Origin: a virus | Length of the DNA stretch: 64,000 bases | Strand: one strand, 5' to 3' | Virus record (IMG/VR): IMGVR_UViG_3300027763_000029 | Part shown: in pieces, positions 9,320 through 18,745 of the stretch | Layout: each line of letters begins with the position of its first letter | How positions within the stretch are numbered: position 1 is the stretch's first letter | Notes under the pieces: generated by a model | Seen by the model: the letters and a program-made list of their open reading frames with translations, nothing else | Database searches by the model: none | Told to the model about the DNA's origin: nothing | Translations under genes and position numbers: made by a program

Positions 9320-9544
9320 ATGAATTTAAGAGAAAGATTAGAGTTAAGAGCAGTTATCAATATGATAATTAATGTTATTGAAACCTTAGCTAGACTATTT
9401 ACTAAGGCTCAAGAAAAGTTTGGACCAAAACCCAAAGTAGATACTCCAGACTCTCCAGTTAAACCCAATAGACCACGACCACTTAAAACTGTGGTAGATA
9501 CTATTGACAATATCATTCCTCTTCCATGGAGAGATAAAAAATGA
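9320..9544 (+). CDS. Small hypothetical protein
   Basis: ORF with ATGA overlap into the next gene. Confidence 0.6.
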   Translation: MNLRERLELRAVINMIINVIETLARLFTKAQEKFGPKPKVDTPDSPVKPNRPRPLKTVVDTIDNIIPLPWRDKK

Positions 9545-9891
9545 ATAAATTATTTGTTGGCTTATTTTGCATTAGTCTATTGTTTACTCAGTCTAGTTAC
9601 TATGGCTCAACAATAGCACCAGTCACCCTTGCTGGCGGTATTATTAAAGCCAAGCATATGCAGGAAACAACACAAAAGTATAAAAGAAAAGACTGCCCAG
9701 TTTGCAAGGGTAAAGGTTGGTATATGAGTGGTGATGGTATCTTAAAAATTGATTGTACATACTGCGAAGCAGATAAGGGATCAATTTCAGTAGGCCCAAT
9801 TAAATCAATTAATCCAACAGCACCTAAGAATTATTCTGCTCCGATAAATTGTCCAGATGGCCAATGCCCAGTTAAAACACCAAGGAGATAA
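9541..9891 (+). CDS. Exported protein with a DnaJ-type Zn-finger-like motif
   Basis: Signal-peptide-like N-terminus, CPVCKGKG...CTYC, and C-terminal CPDGQCP. Confidence 0.6.
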   Translation: MNKLFVGLFCISLLFTQSSYYGSTIAPVTLAGGIIKAKHMQETTQKYKRKDCPVCKGKGWYMSGDGILKIDCTYCEADKGSISVGPIKSINPTAPKNYSAPINCPDGQCPVKTPRR

Positions 9892-9896
9892 ATACT

Positions 9897-10295
9897 ATGG
9901 CTGATAATGAAAAACTCAAGGCTATAGCTATTAAAATTCTAGAAAAATCTAATGTACCAAAAGATCAGATATATGGATTTGCTATTGTTACTATTTTAAT
10001 GATCATTAGCATAGTCTTAACTTGTGTAAGAATACTACAAGAGTGCAATAAAAATAAATTAACTGCTCAATCTACAGCAGAAGATAAATATGCGATGTAC
10101 AGTGAACAACTACATACTTTTAGTGAGCGTAGAGGCTGGTTTACTAAAATGAGAATTAAGAAAATCTTAAGAAGAGAAATGAAAAAAGAAGATTATGAAA
10201 AGTATTCTTTGGCAATATTGAATGCTTTATTAGAAACAGGAGAAGTTCTTACGGAGGAGGAAGTGGTAACCTTAGTGGAGGCAGCAAATGTTTAA
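9897..10295 (+). CDS. Single-pass membrane protein
   Basis: GGAG SD and TM segment FAIVTILMIISIVLTCV. Confidence 0.65.
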   Translation: MADNEKLKAIAIKILEKSNVPKDQIYGFAIVTILMIISIVLTCVRILQECNKNKLTAQSTAEDKYAMYSEQLHTFSERRGWFTKMRIKKILRREMKKEDYEKYSLAILNALLETGEVLTEEEVVTLVEAANV

Positions 10296-10533
10296 TATAA
10301 TGATCTGGTGTGTTTATGGTCTTTTTGTTGGTTCAATTGCAAAGAGTATAGTGCCAGGAGAGGAGAATTTTGGCTTCTGGAAAACTATAGCTTTAGGGGT
10401 TGCAGGATCCTACTGTGGCGGTATAATAACCTATCTACTGGGTATGACACCGCTACAACCCGCAGGGGTAGTCATGGGAGTTGCAGGAGCTATTTCTTCC
10501 TTGATTTTTTACAAAAAGCTATTAGAAAAATAA
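10288..10533 (+). CDS. GlsB/YeaQ/YmgE (transglycosylase-associated) family membrane protein
   Basis: GLFVGSIAKSIVPG....TIALGVAGSYCGG....GVAGA pattern with three TM segments. Confidence 0.8.
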   Translation: MFNIMIWCVYGLFVGSIAKSIVPGEENFGFWKTIALGVAGSYCGGIITYLLGMTPLQPAGVVMGVAGAISSLIFYKKLLEK

Positions 10534-10543
10534 TTCACCAAAA

Positions 10544-11011
10544 ATGAGACCTGTCTGGACCGATTACTTCTTGGGATTGGCTAAAGTTATTTCCCAAAGG
10601 AGTCATGATGTACACACTCAGCATGGTTGTGTTATCACGGATCAAAATAATAGGATATTAGGAGTAGGATATAATGGATATCCAAGGGGCTTAGATGATA
10701 GTAAGTTACCAAAGGATCGTCCAGATAAATATCCTTGGATGGTTCACTCTGAAAGAAACGCACTATCTAATTGTGTTGTTAGACCAGATAATGGTATAGC
10801 ATATGTTACTGGTCAATGCTGTAATGATTGTATTATGGCTTTATGGCAGGAAGGTGTTCAAACAGTTTATATGACAGATGATCATGGAACACATTTATTT
10901 GATGATAATGCTAAAAAAATATTCGATACTTTTGTAGAGATGAGTGGAATAAAAATTATGAAAGTAACACCAGACTTGTCTTGGCTAAAGAGTCTGTGCG
11001 GTGTAATATGA
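10544..11011 (+). CDS. dCMP deaminase
   Basis: RPxWxDYF, GYNG, HSERNA and CCNDC zinc motifs. Confidence 0.9.
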   Translation: MRPVWTDYFLGLAKVISQRSHDVHTQHGCVITDQNNRILGVGYNGYPRGLDDSKLPKDRPDKYPWMVHSERNALSNCVVRPDNGIAYVTGQCCNDCIMALWQEGVQTVYMTDDHGTHLFDDNAKKIFDTFVEMSGIKIMKVTPDLSWLKSLCGVI

Positions 11012-11145
11012 ATGTACAAAGTTTATTTTTTTATCTATCAGTATTTTATTTATCATATCTGGAATACGTCGGTGATCCTAATGTTAATAAACAGTTCCAT
11101 ATCACCGTTATTCTCGGCCTCATTGCATTACTAAATAGGAGATAA
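11008..11145 (+). CDS. 45-aa hydrophobic protein missing from the ORF track
   Basis: MNVQSLFFYLSVFYLSYLEYVGDPNVNKQFHITVILGLIALLNRR*. ATGA overlap with the deaminase stop, and its own stop ends 1 nt before the RNR ATG. Confidence 0.6.
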   Translation: MNVQSLFFYLSVFYLSYLEYVGDPNVNKQFHITVILGLIALLNRR

Positions 11146-11146
11146 T

Positions 11147-13339
11147 ATGTCCGCACTTCAAGAACTACAAAACTATACATTCGTCAGCAAATATGCTCGT
11201 TGGTTAGAGGACAAGAATCGTAGAGAAACCTGGAAAGAGGCTGTTGATAGAGTACGTGAAATGATGCATACTCAATATGATTCTTTCGGAATAGCAGAAG
11301 ATATCGACTGGGCATATGACATTATGTATAAGAAGAAAGTTCTTGGTAGTCAAAGAGCATTACAGTTCGGTGGAGATCCTATCTTAAAGCGTCATGCTAA
11401 AATCTATAATTGTACAGCAAGCTACTGTGATCGTCTAAGATTCTTTCAGGAATGCTTTTGGTTATTATTGTGTGGGTCTGGCACTGGATTCAGTGTTCAG
11501 AAGCACCATGTCGCAAAACTACCCTCATTAGAACATGAAATAGAAAGTGATCAAGCTACCAAATATGTCATCGATGATAGTATCGAGGGCTGGGCAAATG
11601 CTCTAGGTGTTTTACTAAGTTCTTATTTTAGTAAACCAGTTGAAGAATTCAAGCAATATAAAAATACTCACATTGTATTTGACTATTCCAATATTAGACC
11701 AAAAGGATCATCACTGGCATCTGGTGTTGGTAAGGCTCCCGGATATGAGCCATTGGCCAATGGTCTTGAAAAAATCAGAGCACTACTAGATAGATGTATT
11801 AGTAATGGACAAAAGAAGCTAAGACCAATTGATGCTTATGATATTGTTATGCATAGTAGTGACGCCGTTTTATCTGGTGGAGTTAGAAGAAGCGCATCTC
11901 TAGCACTATTTAGTCATGATGACGATGAGATGGCTAAAGCCAAGACAGGCAACTGGTATGTGGAAAATCCACAAAGAGCACGAAGTAATAACTCTGCTCT
12001 ACTACTAAAAAGCGAAACTACCTTTGAAGAATTTTCTGGCTTGATGCAATCAGTTAAGGAGTTTGGTGAGCCGGGCTTCATTTGGAGCGAATCAACAGAG
12101 ATGATTTTTAATCCTTGTGTTGAAATTGGAATGTGGCCTATTGATGAGAGCAGCGGTAAAAGCGGATGGCAGGGCTGTAATCTTTCCACAATTAATTGCT
12201 CTAGTGTTGACGATGAAGAAGATTTCTATGAAAGATGCAAGGCAGCAGCTATCATAGGAACACTACAAGCTGGCTTTACCAAGTTAGAGTATCTTGGACC
12301 AACTAGCGAAAAGATCTTTGAAAGAGAAGCTTTGCTTGGAGTCTCATTAACTGGAACCATGGAAAAACATGATCTTGTTCTTACAGAAAAGACATTAACT
12401 AAGGGTGCTAAAATTGCTGTTGAAACCAATAAGCAAATTGCTAAAAAGATCAATATAAACCAAGCGGCAAGAGTAACTTGCTTGAAGCCAGAGGGAACAT
12501 CGTCAAGCATGTTGGGTACTAGTTCCGGCATCCACCCTCACCATGCTAAACGATACATACGCCATGTACAGGCTAATATTTTAGAAGCACCATACCAACA
12601 CTTCAAGAAAGTAAACCCGCAAGCCTGCGAAAAATCATCGTGGTCTGCAAACAATACTGATGAAGTAGTTAAGTTTCCAATAGAGGTACCAGATGGTGCT
12701 AAGTTAAGAAATCAACTACCAGCAGTAGAAATGCTATCTGTTGTAAAAGATACCCAAAAGAACTGGGTTCACTCTGGCAAGAATAGATCATTATGTACAC
12801 AGGAATATTTGAGTCATAATGTTAGTAATACTGTCACAGTTAAACCAGACGAATGGGAATCTGTAACCAAATACATTTATGACAATAGGAAGTATTTTGC
12901 AGGGATATCTTTAATTCCACAAAGCGGAGATAAGGATTATCCTCAAGCTCCATTTACTACAGTATATACAAGTAGGGAAATTGTTAAAGAATACGGAGAT
13001 GCTGCTTTGTGGTGCTCTGGACTAATAGAGCTTGCTCTCAACTCTTTTAATAATAACCTGTGGGCCGCTTGTGACTATGTTGGTTTAAATCAAGGTAAAG
13101 ATAGTGATGATGAGAATAAACTTATGTTTACTACTAAGATGAAAAATTTTGCCAGTAAGTACTTTGATGGAGATATAAGAAGATTAACATATTGTATGAA
13201 AGATGTTTATAACTGGAAAATATACTGTGATCTATATAATAGTTTTGGTAAGGTAGACTATACTCAACTATTAGAAACAGAAGATAACACTGCTGGTATT
13301 GAGGAAATCAGTTGTGCTGGAGGAGCTTGCCTAATATAA
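11147..13339 (+). CDS. nrdJ: Class II (adenosylcobalamin-dependent) ribonucleotide reductase, monomeric RTPR type
   Basis: GSGTGFSV, NPCVEI, CNLSTIN, TCLKPEGTSS and C-terminal CAGGAC. No nrdB partner nearby. Confidence 0.9.
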   Translation: MSALQELQNYTFVSKYARWLEDKNRRETWKEAVDRVREMMHTQYDSFGIAEDIDWAYDIMYKKKVLGSQRALQFGGDPILKRHAKIYNCTASYCDRLRFFQECFWLLLCGSGTGFSVQKHHVAKLPSLEHEIESDQATKYVIDDSIEGWANALGVLLSSYFSKPVEEFKQYKNTHIVFDYSNIRPKGSSLASGVGKAPGYEPLANGLEKIRALLDRCISNGQKKLRPIDAYDIVMHSSDAVLSGGVRRSASLALFSHDDDEMAKAKTGNWYVENPQRARSNNSALLLKSETTFEEFSGLMQSVKEFGEPGFIWSESTEMIFNPCVEIGMWPIDESSGKSGWQGCNLSTINCSSVDDEEDFYERCKAAAIIGTLQAGFTKLEYLGPTSEKIFEREALLGVSLTGTMEKHDLVLTEKTLTKGAKIAVETNKQIAKKININQAARVTCLKPEGTSSSMLGTSSGIHPHHAKRYIRHVQANILEAPYQHFKKVNPQACEKSSWSANNTDEVVKFPIEVPDGAKLRNQLPAVEMLSVVKDTQKNWVHSGKNRSLCTQEYLSHNVSNTVTVKPDEWESVTKYIYDNRKYFAGISLIPQSGDKDYPQAPFTTVYTSREIVKEYGDAALWCSGLIELALNSFNNNLWAACDYVGLNQGKDSDDENKLMFTTKMKNFASKYFDGDIRRLTYCMKDVYNWKIYCDLYNSFGKVDYTQLLETEDNTAGIEEISCAGGACLI

Positions 13340-13767
13340 TGCCAGTATACTTTAAAAAACTAGATCCCAAAGCTAGCCTACCATCTAGAAATAATTTATC
13401 GGATGCTGGGGCTGATTTGAGATCAATAGAAAATATTACTATTCCTCCATTGTCTCGTGCTCTTATTAATACTGGATTGGCTTTAGAGATTCCTTATGGG
13501 TTCTACGGAAGAATAGCACCCAGATCAGGACTCGCTGTTAAATATGGTATTGATGTATTGGCTGGTGTTGTAGATAGCTCTTATCGTGGTCCTCTAGGTG
13601 TTGTTCTATATAATACGGATAGAGACAAAGAGTTTATTGTCAATGTTGGAGATAGGATTGCACAGATTATATTTGAAGAACATTGGAACTTTAAGATGGA
13701 AGAAGTGTCGGATCTTTCAGATACTAGTAGGTCAAATAATGGGTTTGGTTCTAGTGGGATAAAATAA
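13339..13767 (+). CDS. dut: Trimeric dUTPase
   Basis: AGADL, RIAPRSGLA, GVVDSSYRG, GDRIAQ and GFGSSG. TAATG overlap gives start 13339. Confidence 0.95.
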   Translation: MPVYFKKLDPKASLPSRNNLSDAGADLRSIENITIPPLSRALINTGLALEIPYGFYGRIAPRSGLAVKYGIDVLAGVVDSSYRGPLGVVLYNTDRDKEFIVNVGDRIAQIIFEEHWNFKMEEVSDLSDTSRSNNGFGSSGIK

Positions 13768-13783
13768 GACAACTCTTATTAAC

Positions 13784-13794
13784 GGTGTATTATA
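13784..13794 (+). promoter_or_regulatory. GGTGTAT motif
   Basis: GGTGTATTATA, intergenic, before phoH. Confidence 0.55.
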
Positions 13795-13839
13795 CTTATG
13801 ATTGGAAGGTCCTATCCTCTGTAGTTAAAAGGGCATAAT

Positions 13840-14565
13840 TTGAGAAAAAAAAATAGCTCTAAGAAAAGACCCAGGGTTATCGATGCTACAAATGAGATCC
13901 AAATCCCATCCGCTTATAGAAATAGGCTTAAACCAAGAACAGAAAATCAAAAAGAATATATTAGAACAGTAGCAGAAAATACTATAACTTTTTGTCAAGG
14001 TGTTGCTGGTAGTGGTAAGACTCATATCGCCATAGGCATGGCTTTAGAATACTTACTTGATGAAAAAGTTAAAAAGATTATCATCACAAGACCAGTTGTA
14101 GAATCTGGAGAAAAGATAGGATATCTACCCGGCACAGCAGAAGAAAAATTGCATCCATATCTTCTCCCTCTATTAGACGAAGTTAACCATTTCATCCCAT
14201 CGGCACAATACAATAGCTTAAAAACAAACAATAAGATTGAGATTGTACCGTTGGGTTTGATGAGAGGACGTAATTTCCATAATGCTTTTATAGTTGCTGA
14301 TGAATGTCAGAATGCTTCATATGATCAACTAAAAATGTTATTAACCAGAATAGGTAATAACAGTAAAATGGTATTAACAGGAGACGTTAGTCAGTCTGAC
14401 CTACATAGACATATGCAGGGAGGCTTTTATGATATGTTGTCAGCACTTGCTGATGTTGAAGGTATAGGTATTTCTAAGCTTGAATTTGCAGACATAGTTA
14501 GAAATCCTATCATAGGAAAAATTATAGGTCGTTTAGACTCATACGAAAATGAAAACAGAAAATAG
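13840..14565 (+). CDS. phoH: PhoH family ATPase
   Basis: GVAGSGKT, RPVVESGEKIGYLPG, MRGR, DECQN, LTRIG and GDVSQSD. Confidence 0.95.
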   Translation: MRKKNSSKKRPRVIDATNEIQIPSAYRNRLKPRTENQKEYIRTVAENTITFCQGVAGSGKTHIAIGMALEYLLDEKVKKIIITRPVVESGEKIGYLPGTAEEKLHPYLLPLLDEVNHFIPSAQYNSLKTNNKIEIVPLGLMRGRNFHNAFIVADECQNASYDQLKMLLTRIGNNSKMVLTGDVSQSDLHRHMQGGFYDMLSALADVEGIGISKLEFADIVRNPIIGKIIGRLDSYENENRK

Positions 14566-15133
14566 TAAATGCTTAGTACTAAATGGAGACTATTCCCCAT
14601 TAGGTATTATAGATTGGAAAAAAGCTATAACTTGGTGTGTAAAATATGAAAATAAAAGTAATCATGGTATAGAAATACTAGATTTTTATAAAGACGATTT
14701 TATTATTGGAGTTAACAATAAAAAGCATCCTATTCCAGCAGTAGTAAAAACTAATAGATATTTTCGTATCAATAATCAAAAAGTAACTTTTTCTCGTAAA
14801 AACTTATTTATTAGAGATAGTTATACATGTCAATATTGTGGAAATATAAAAGAGCTTAATAAGCTTACTTACGATCATGTTATTCCAAAATCAGCTTGGA
14901 AGTATAAAGAGGCAAGCCCAACTACATGGACAAACATAGTGACGGCTTGTGTAGAATGTAATAGGAGAAAAGGAAATAAAACTCCAAAACAAGCTAATAT
15001 GCCATTACTAAACTTGCCAATCATACCACAAAAAAATATCCGCTACTTGCCCATATCACACCACCTATCTACTATAAGAACAGATATTCCTCAAGAATGG
15101 CATCTATATTTGCCAGAATCATATATAGGATAA
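14549..15133 (+). CDS. HNH endonuclease (McrA-like)
   Basis: CLVLN, RDSYTCQYCG, TYDHVIP and WTNIVTACVECNRRKG. Confidence 0.9.
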   Translation: MKTENSKCLVLNGDYSPLGIIDWKKAITWCVKYENKSNHGIEILDFYKDDFIIGVNNKKHPIPAVVKTNRYFRINNQKVTFSRKNLFIRDSYTCQYCGNIKELNKLTYDHVIPKSAWKYKEASPTTWTNIVTACVECNRRKGNKTPKQANMPLLNLPIIPQKNIRYLPISHHLSTIRTDIPQEWHLYLPESYIG

Positions 15134-15137
15134 TTAA

Positions 15138-15545
15138 ATGCGAGTTGATACTGAAGATTTTAGGATTAAACAAAGCCAGGAGCAGAATAAGTTCTATACC
15201 CTACTAGGACATGAATCATTTTGCGATGATGAAGGATTTCCAAGATCAGAAACTGAAAGTGATCATACGTTTGCTAAAGCTGTAAAGAGTAAGGTGGCAA
15301 AAGCTTTTGGATCAAATAATCTATCATATAGATTTTATATCAAGACTGATCCTAATAAGAATATTATTAATCCAGTAGAGACGCATTCAATAAAAACTAA
15401 AGAAAAGTCTTCATTCATAAACAAAACCTGTAAGATAGAAGCCGTATTTTCTGAAGTAACAGAAAGTGTCTTTAATCAGTATATTAACTTTCTAAAGACA
15501 AATAATACTAAATGGTTAAATAGTGCACAGAGAGAACTGAAGTAA
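15138..15545 (+). CDS. Hypothetical protein, paralog of 16171-16557
   Basis: Shared C-terminus FxxYxxFLKTxNxxWLNxAxRE. Confidence 0.7.
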   Translation: MRVDTEDFRIKQSQEQNKFYTLLGHESFCDDEGFPRSETESDHTFAKAVKSKVAKAFGSNNLSYRFYIKTDPNKNIINPVETHSIKTKEKSSFINKTCKIEAVFSEVTESVFNQYINFLKTNNTKWLNSAQRELK

Positions 15546-15549
15546 TAGT

Positions 15550-15897
15550 ATGCCAGCATATACCTTCTATTGTGAAAAATGCAAATATAAATTTGAAATT
15601 ATATGTAGCATAAAAGATTATTCAGATAAACAAAGATGCGAAAAGTGTTCTAATTCTAGGAATGTTATTAGAGCATATACTGAAGATCTACTAACTATAA
15701 ACTCATCGGTTAAGAAATCTGATTCCGAACTTAAAACTATCGGCGATCTAGCTAATAGAAATAGAGATAAATTAACGGATGATCAAAAATTAAATCTATA
15801 TCAAAAGCACAACGACTATAAGGAAGGTCCAGCACCATCGGAATTACCAAAGGGAATGACCAGAATGAAGAAAACTCCAAAGACTAAATGGGTATAA
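15550..15897 (+). CDS. FmdB-family zinc ribbon protein
   Basis: MPAYTFYCEKCKYKFE...CEKC. Confidence 0.8.
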   Translation: MPAYTFYCEKCKYKFEIICSIKDYSDKQRCEKCSNSRNVIRAYTEDLLTINSSVKKSDSELKTIGDLANRNRDKLTDDQKLNLYQKHNDYKEGPAPSELPKGMTRMKKTPKTKWV

Positions 15898-15899
15898 AA

Positions 15900-16178
15900 A
15901 TGGAAAATCAATATAGTTCTCTATTTGAAGGACAGAACAAGAAGATTAGTTGTAAGCATGAAATTATTTTCAATATTACTGCTAGTGTAATAAGTGAAAA
16001 TGAAAAGGGAGAAGATGCTGGATATGAAGAAATTTGCACTAAGCATTACCATATCCCAGTAAAAGAAGATGCTGACTATAAAGAGTTTATGAATTCATTC
16101 TTTGGTTTTTTAGAAGGATGCTTGGCTAGTTCAGCACAAAAGACATACGAAAAAGATACAGGAACAAAAAATGAATAA
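15900..16178 (+). CDS. Hypothetical protein
   Basis: Tightly packed ORF with ATG 15900 just after the upstream stop. Confidence 0.6.
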   Translation: MENQYSSLFEGQNKKISCKHEIIFNITASVISENEKGEDAGYEEICTKHYHIPVKEDADYKEFMNSFFGFLEGCLASSAQKTYEKDTGTKNE

Positions 16179-16557
16179 TTTTATACATTCAGCAAAAAAT
16201 ACATCCTCAGACAATATTCAAAGCGGAGATGAGTTTTATTGTTTTAGAGGAAAAGAAGATTTTCTTGACTCAAATAATAATCCTAGATGCAATAGTGAGG
16301 ACAACAACAATGTACTTGCTAAAAAAATTGTAAGGGACGATGGGGCTGTTAAGTATACTATAAAACTAGATAACAACGGTAAAATTTTTAATCCAATGTC
16401 TATATATGGAGAGACAAAAATTAGTTCGTTTTTAGATAGAGTTTGTAGAGCTCAAAATAAATACAAAGAAGTAAACCTAAAAGCTTTTAATATGTATTTA
16501 AGCTTTTTGAAAACTAAGAATCTTGCATGGTTAAATAACGCAGAAAGAGAGATATGA
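16171..16557 (+). CDS. Hypothetical protein, paralog of 15138-15545
   Basis: Shared FY..G...F.D....PR and FLKT.N..WLN.A.RE motifs. Confidence 0.7.
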   Translation: MNNFIHSAKNTSSDNIQSGDEFYCFRGKEDFLDSNNNPRCNSEDNNNVLAKKIVRDDGAVKYTIKLDNNGKIFNPMSIYGETKISSFLDRVCRAQNKYKEVNLKAFNMYLSFLKTKNLAWLNNAEREI

Positions 16558-16560
16558 ATT

Positions 16561-16908
16561 ATGGCTAGAATTAATAAAACATTAGGGTATGCTATTAGCT
16601 GGTTAAACAGTCAGAATAAGTCACCAATAGAAATTGCTGACGAATTAAAAATAACAGAAAAGCAAGTATTGACAGTATTAGAAAAGATCAGTACAAGTAC
16701 ATCTGATAACAATTTAAAGACAGCTAAATCTTCGGTAAGTAAGTCTAAAAATTTAATGATAACTGAGACTGCTGGTAAGAAGACTAATAATGTAGCAATA
16801 ATGACAGGTGCGGCATCAGCACTTAATGATTCTCTAAAAGATAATATGGCAAATATCCCAAGAACAAGAAATGATAGTTTCATCTTTAAACCAAAAAATG
16901 GAAAATAA
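16561..16908 (+). CDS. Hypothetical protein with an N-terminal HTH-like motif
   Basis: KSPIEIADELKITEKQV. Confidence 0.6.
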   Translation: MARINKTLGYAISWLNSQNKSPIEIADELKITEKQVLTVLEKISTSTSDNNLKTAKSSVSKSKNLMITETAGKKTNNVAIMTGAASALNDSLKDNMANIPRTRNDSFIFKPKNGK

Positions 16909-17326
16909 TAACCAGTATCTGTCCAAGTATTCTAATGGCAAGACAGTTTCAGCAGCACAGTATATCACTGAATTAATATGTGAAAATAAAGCAAGAAAAG
17001 ATAAGCTTGATTTACATTATAGGTTTTGGGTTAGTAAGAAATGGGAAGCTTACTACAGGAACCAAATAGCTTCTGCCCATAAGCTTTTAAAAACATATGG
17101 CGCTAAAGCTATTATTAATGCTATCAGGGACAAGGAAGCAGAAAAAATTTACTCTTTGCGAGCACCACATTTGCCCGCTATTATACAAAAACATTCTGAA
17201 CTCCTAGAGTCTCAAAACACAGACCTTACTATTGATATTGATCGAAAGAACGATAAGTCATATAGAAAAGATCTGGTAAAGAAAAATGTTCTATCCAAAC
17301 TTAAGGAAATAGATGATGGCACTTAA
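16898..17326 (+). CDS. Hypothetical protein
   Basis: ORF packed between its neighbours, likely start ATG 16898. Confidence 0.6.
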   Translation: MENNNQYLSKYSNGKTVSAAQYITELICENKARKDKLDLHYRFWVSKKWEAYYRNQIASAHKLLKTYGAKAIINAIRDKEAEKIYSLRAPHLPAIIQKHSELLESQNTDLTIDIDRKNDKSYRKDLVKKNVLSKLKEIDDGT

Positions 17327-18335
17327 AGAAGACGTTAAGAAGAATTTTGGTGACAACGTAATGTTAACAGCAAATGCTGTTATTGATAAGTCTTTGATTA
17401 CTATTCCAGTTAGTCCAGCATTAGATGTCGTACTAAATGGTGGTATCCCAGAAGGAAGTTTTGTTATTTTTACCGGTCAACCAAAATGCGGTAAGACTAC
17501 AACCTCATTAGATTTCTGCGCCACTGCTCAAAGACCAGAATATGCACACGGATCATTTAAGGAAGGCAGAGAAGTATACTATCTGAATATAGAAGGACGA
17601 TTAAAGAAACGAGACCTAGAAGGTATCCCAGGATTAAATTTAGAAAAGTTTAATATTATAGGGTCTCAAGAAGGTAAGATTTTACACGCAGAAGAATATT
17701 TGCAAATTGGTGAAAGAATTATTAATGAAATTCCAGGATCGGTGGTCATCATTGACTCATATTCTGCTTTATGTACAGAAGCAGAAATCACTAGCGATAT
17801 GAATAAGATGCAAAGAGCAGATGGTGCCAAGCTATTAGCTAAGTTTTGCAGAAAGGTGGCTAATGTTATTCCTGTTAACAGAAACATTGTCATAGGTATT
17901 ACTCACCAAATGGGCAACCCCGGTATGGGACATAGTGAATGGAAAGAAAAGAGTGGTCAGGCTATTGCATATCAAACAGATATCAAAATCAAGGCTAATT
18001 ATTTTAGTCCATGGAATTTAAGTACTGATAGTCCTCAAATTGGTCAAGAAGTACATTGGCAAGTATTATGCTCTGCTCTAGGTGCTCCCGGAGGTAAGAT
18101 TACAAGCTATATTAGATATGGTCAGGGGATTGACAAACAGATGGAATTACTGACACTTGCTGTAGATTTAGGGCTTGTATCTAAGGGTGGGGCATGGTAT
18201 ACTATGTCATCTGTCGAGGACAAGCCTAAGTTCCAAGGTCTTGAAAAAACAAGACAATACTTAGTTGACCATCCAGAAGTTTATGACGATTTATGGACAA
18301 AAGTCAAGGATACTATGGGCATCAAATGCAAGTAA
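17316..18335 (+). CDS. recA: RecA/UvsX-like recombinase
   Basis: SPALDVVLNGGIPEG, Walker A GQPKCGKTT, Walker B VVIIDS and KGGAWY. Confidence 0.9.
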   Translation: MALKEDVKKNFGDNVMLTANAVIDKSLITIPVSPALDVVLNGGIPEGSFVIFTGQPKCGKTTTSLDFCATAQRPEYAHGSFKEGREVYYLNIEGRLKKRDLEGIPGLNLEKFNIIGSQEGKILHAEEYLQIGERIINEIPGSVVIIDSYSALCTEAEITSDMNKMQRADGAKLLAKFCRKVANVIPVNRNIVIGITHQMGNPGMGHSEWKEKSGQAIAYQTDIKIKANYFSPWNLSTDSPQIGQEVHWQVLCSALGAPGGKITSYIRYGQGIDKQMELLTLAVDLGLVSKGGAWYTMSSVEDKPKFQGLEKTRQYLVDHPEVYDDLWTKVKDTMGIKCK

Positions 18336-18745
18336 AAGATCTAGATGGTAATTCTTATAATTGGCAGTTAGTTGGCAATATCGCTCATGGATCAATTCAA
18401 AATAAATCTAGTCTACATTTACAGGCAAGAGATTTAATACATGAGTGCTTTCCAACTCTGCAGGTATTAGAAGAAGTACCGGTTAATATTAGAAGATCAG
18501 AAACTCTATATTTAGATTTTTACTTACCTCTTATAAAAAGATGTATTGAAGTTCATGGAGAACAGCATTATAAGTTTAGTAGATTTTTTCATAATAGTCC
18601 TCTAGGTTTTATAAGACACAAGAAACGAGATCAAGAAAAAAAAGATTGGTGTGAATTGAATGGTATTGAGTATATAGAACTTCCATTTGATCAAACGGAT
18701 CAATGGACATTAAGGATCAAAAATGAACACGAAAGAACAAGTTAA
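18326..18745 (+). CDS. PD-(D/E)XK (Vsr/DUF559-like) endonuclease
   Basis: LDFYLP...IEVHGEQHY...RDQEKKDWCELNGI. Confidence 0.75.
   Translation: MQVKDLDGNSYNWQLVGNIAHGSIQNKSSLHLQARDLIHECFPTLQVLEEVPVNIRRSETLYLDFYLPLIKRCIEVHGEQHYKFSRFFHNSPLGFIRHKKRDQEKKDWCELNGIEYIELPFDQTDQWTLRIKNEHERTS

Noticed and set aside
11000-11010. GGTGTAATATG as another promoter copy
   Set aside because: It lies within the last codons of the deaminase, deviates at position 7, and precedes non-structural genes. Ambiguous.
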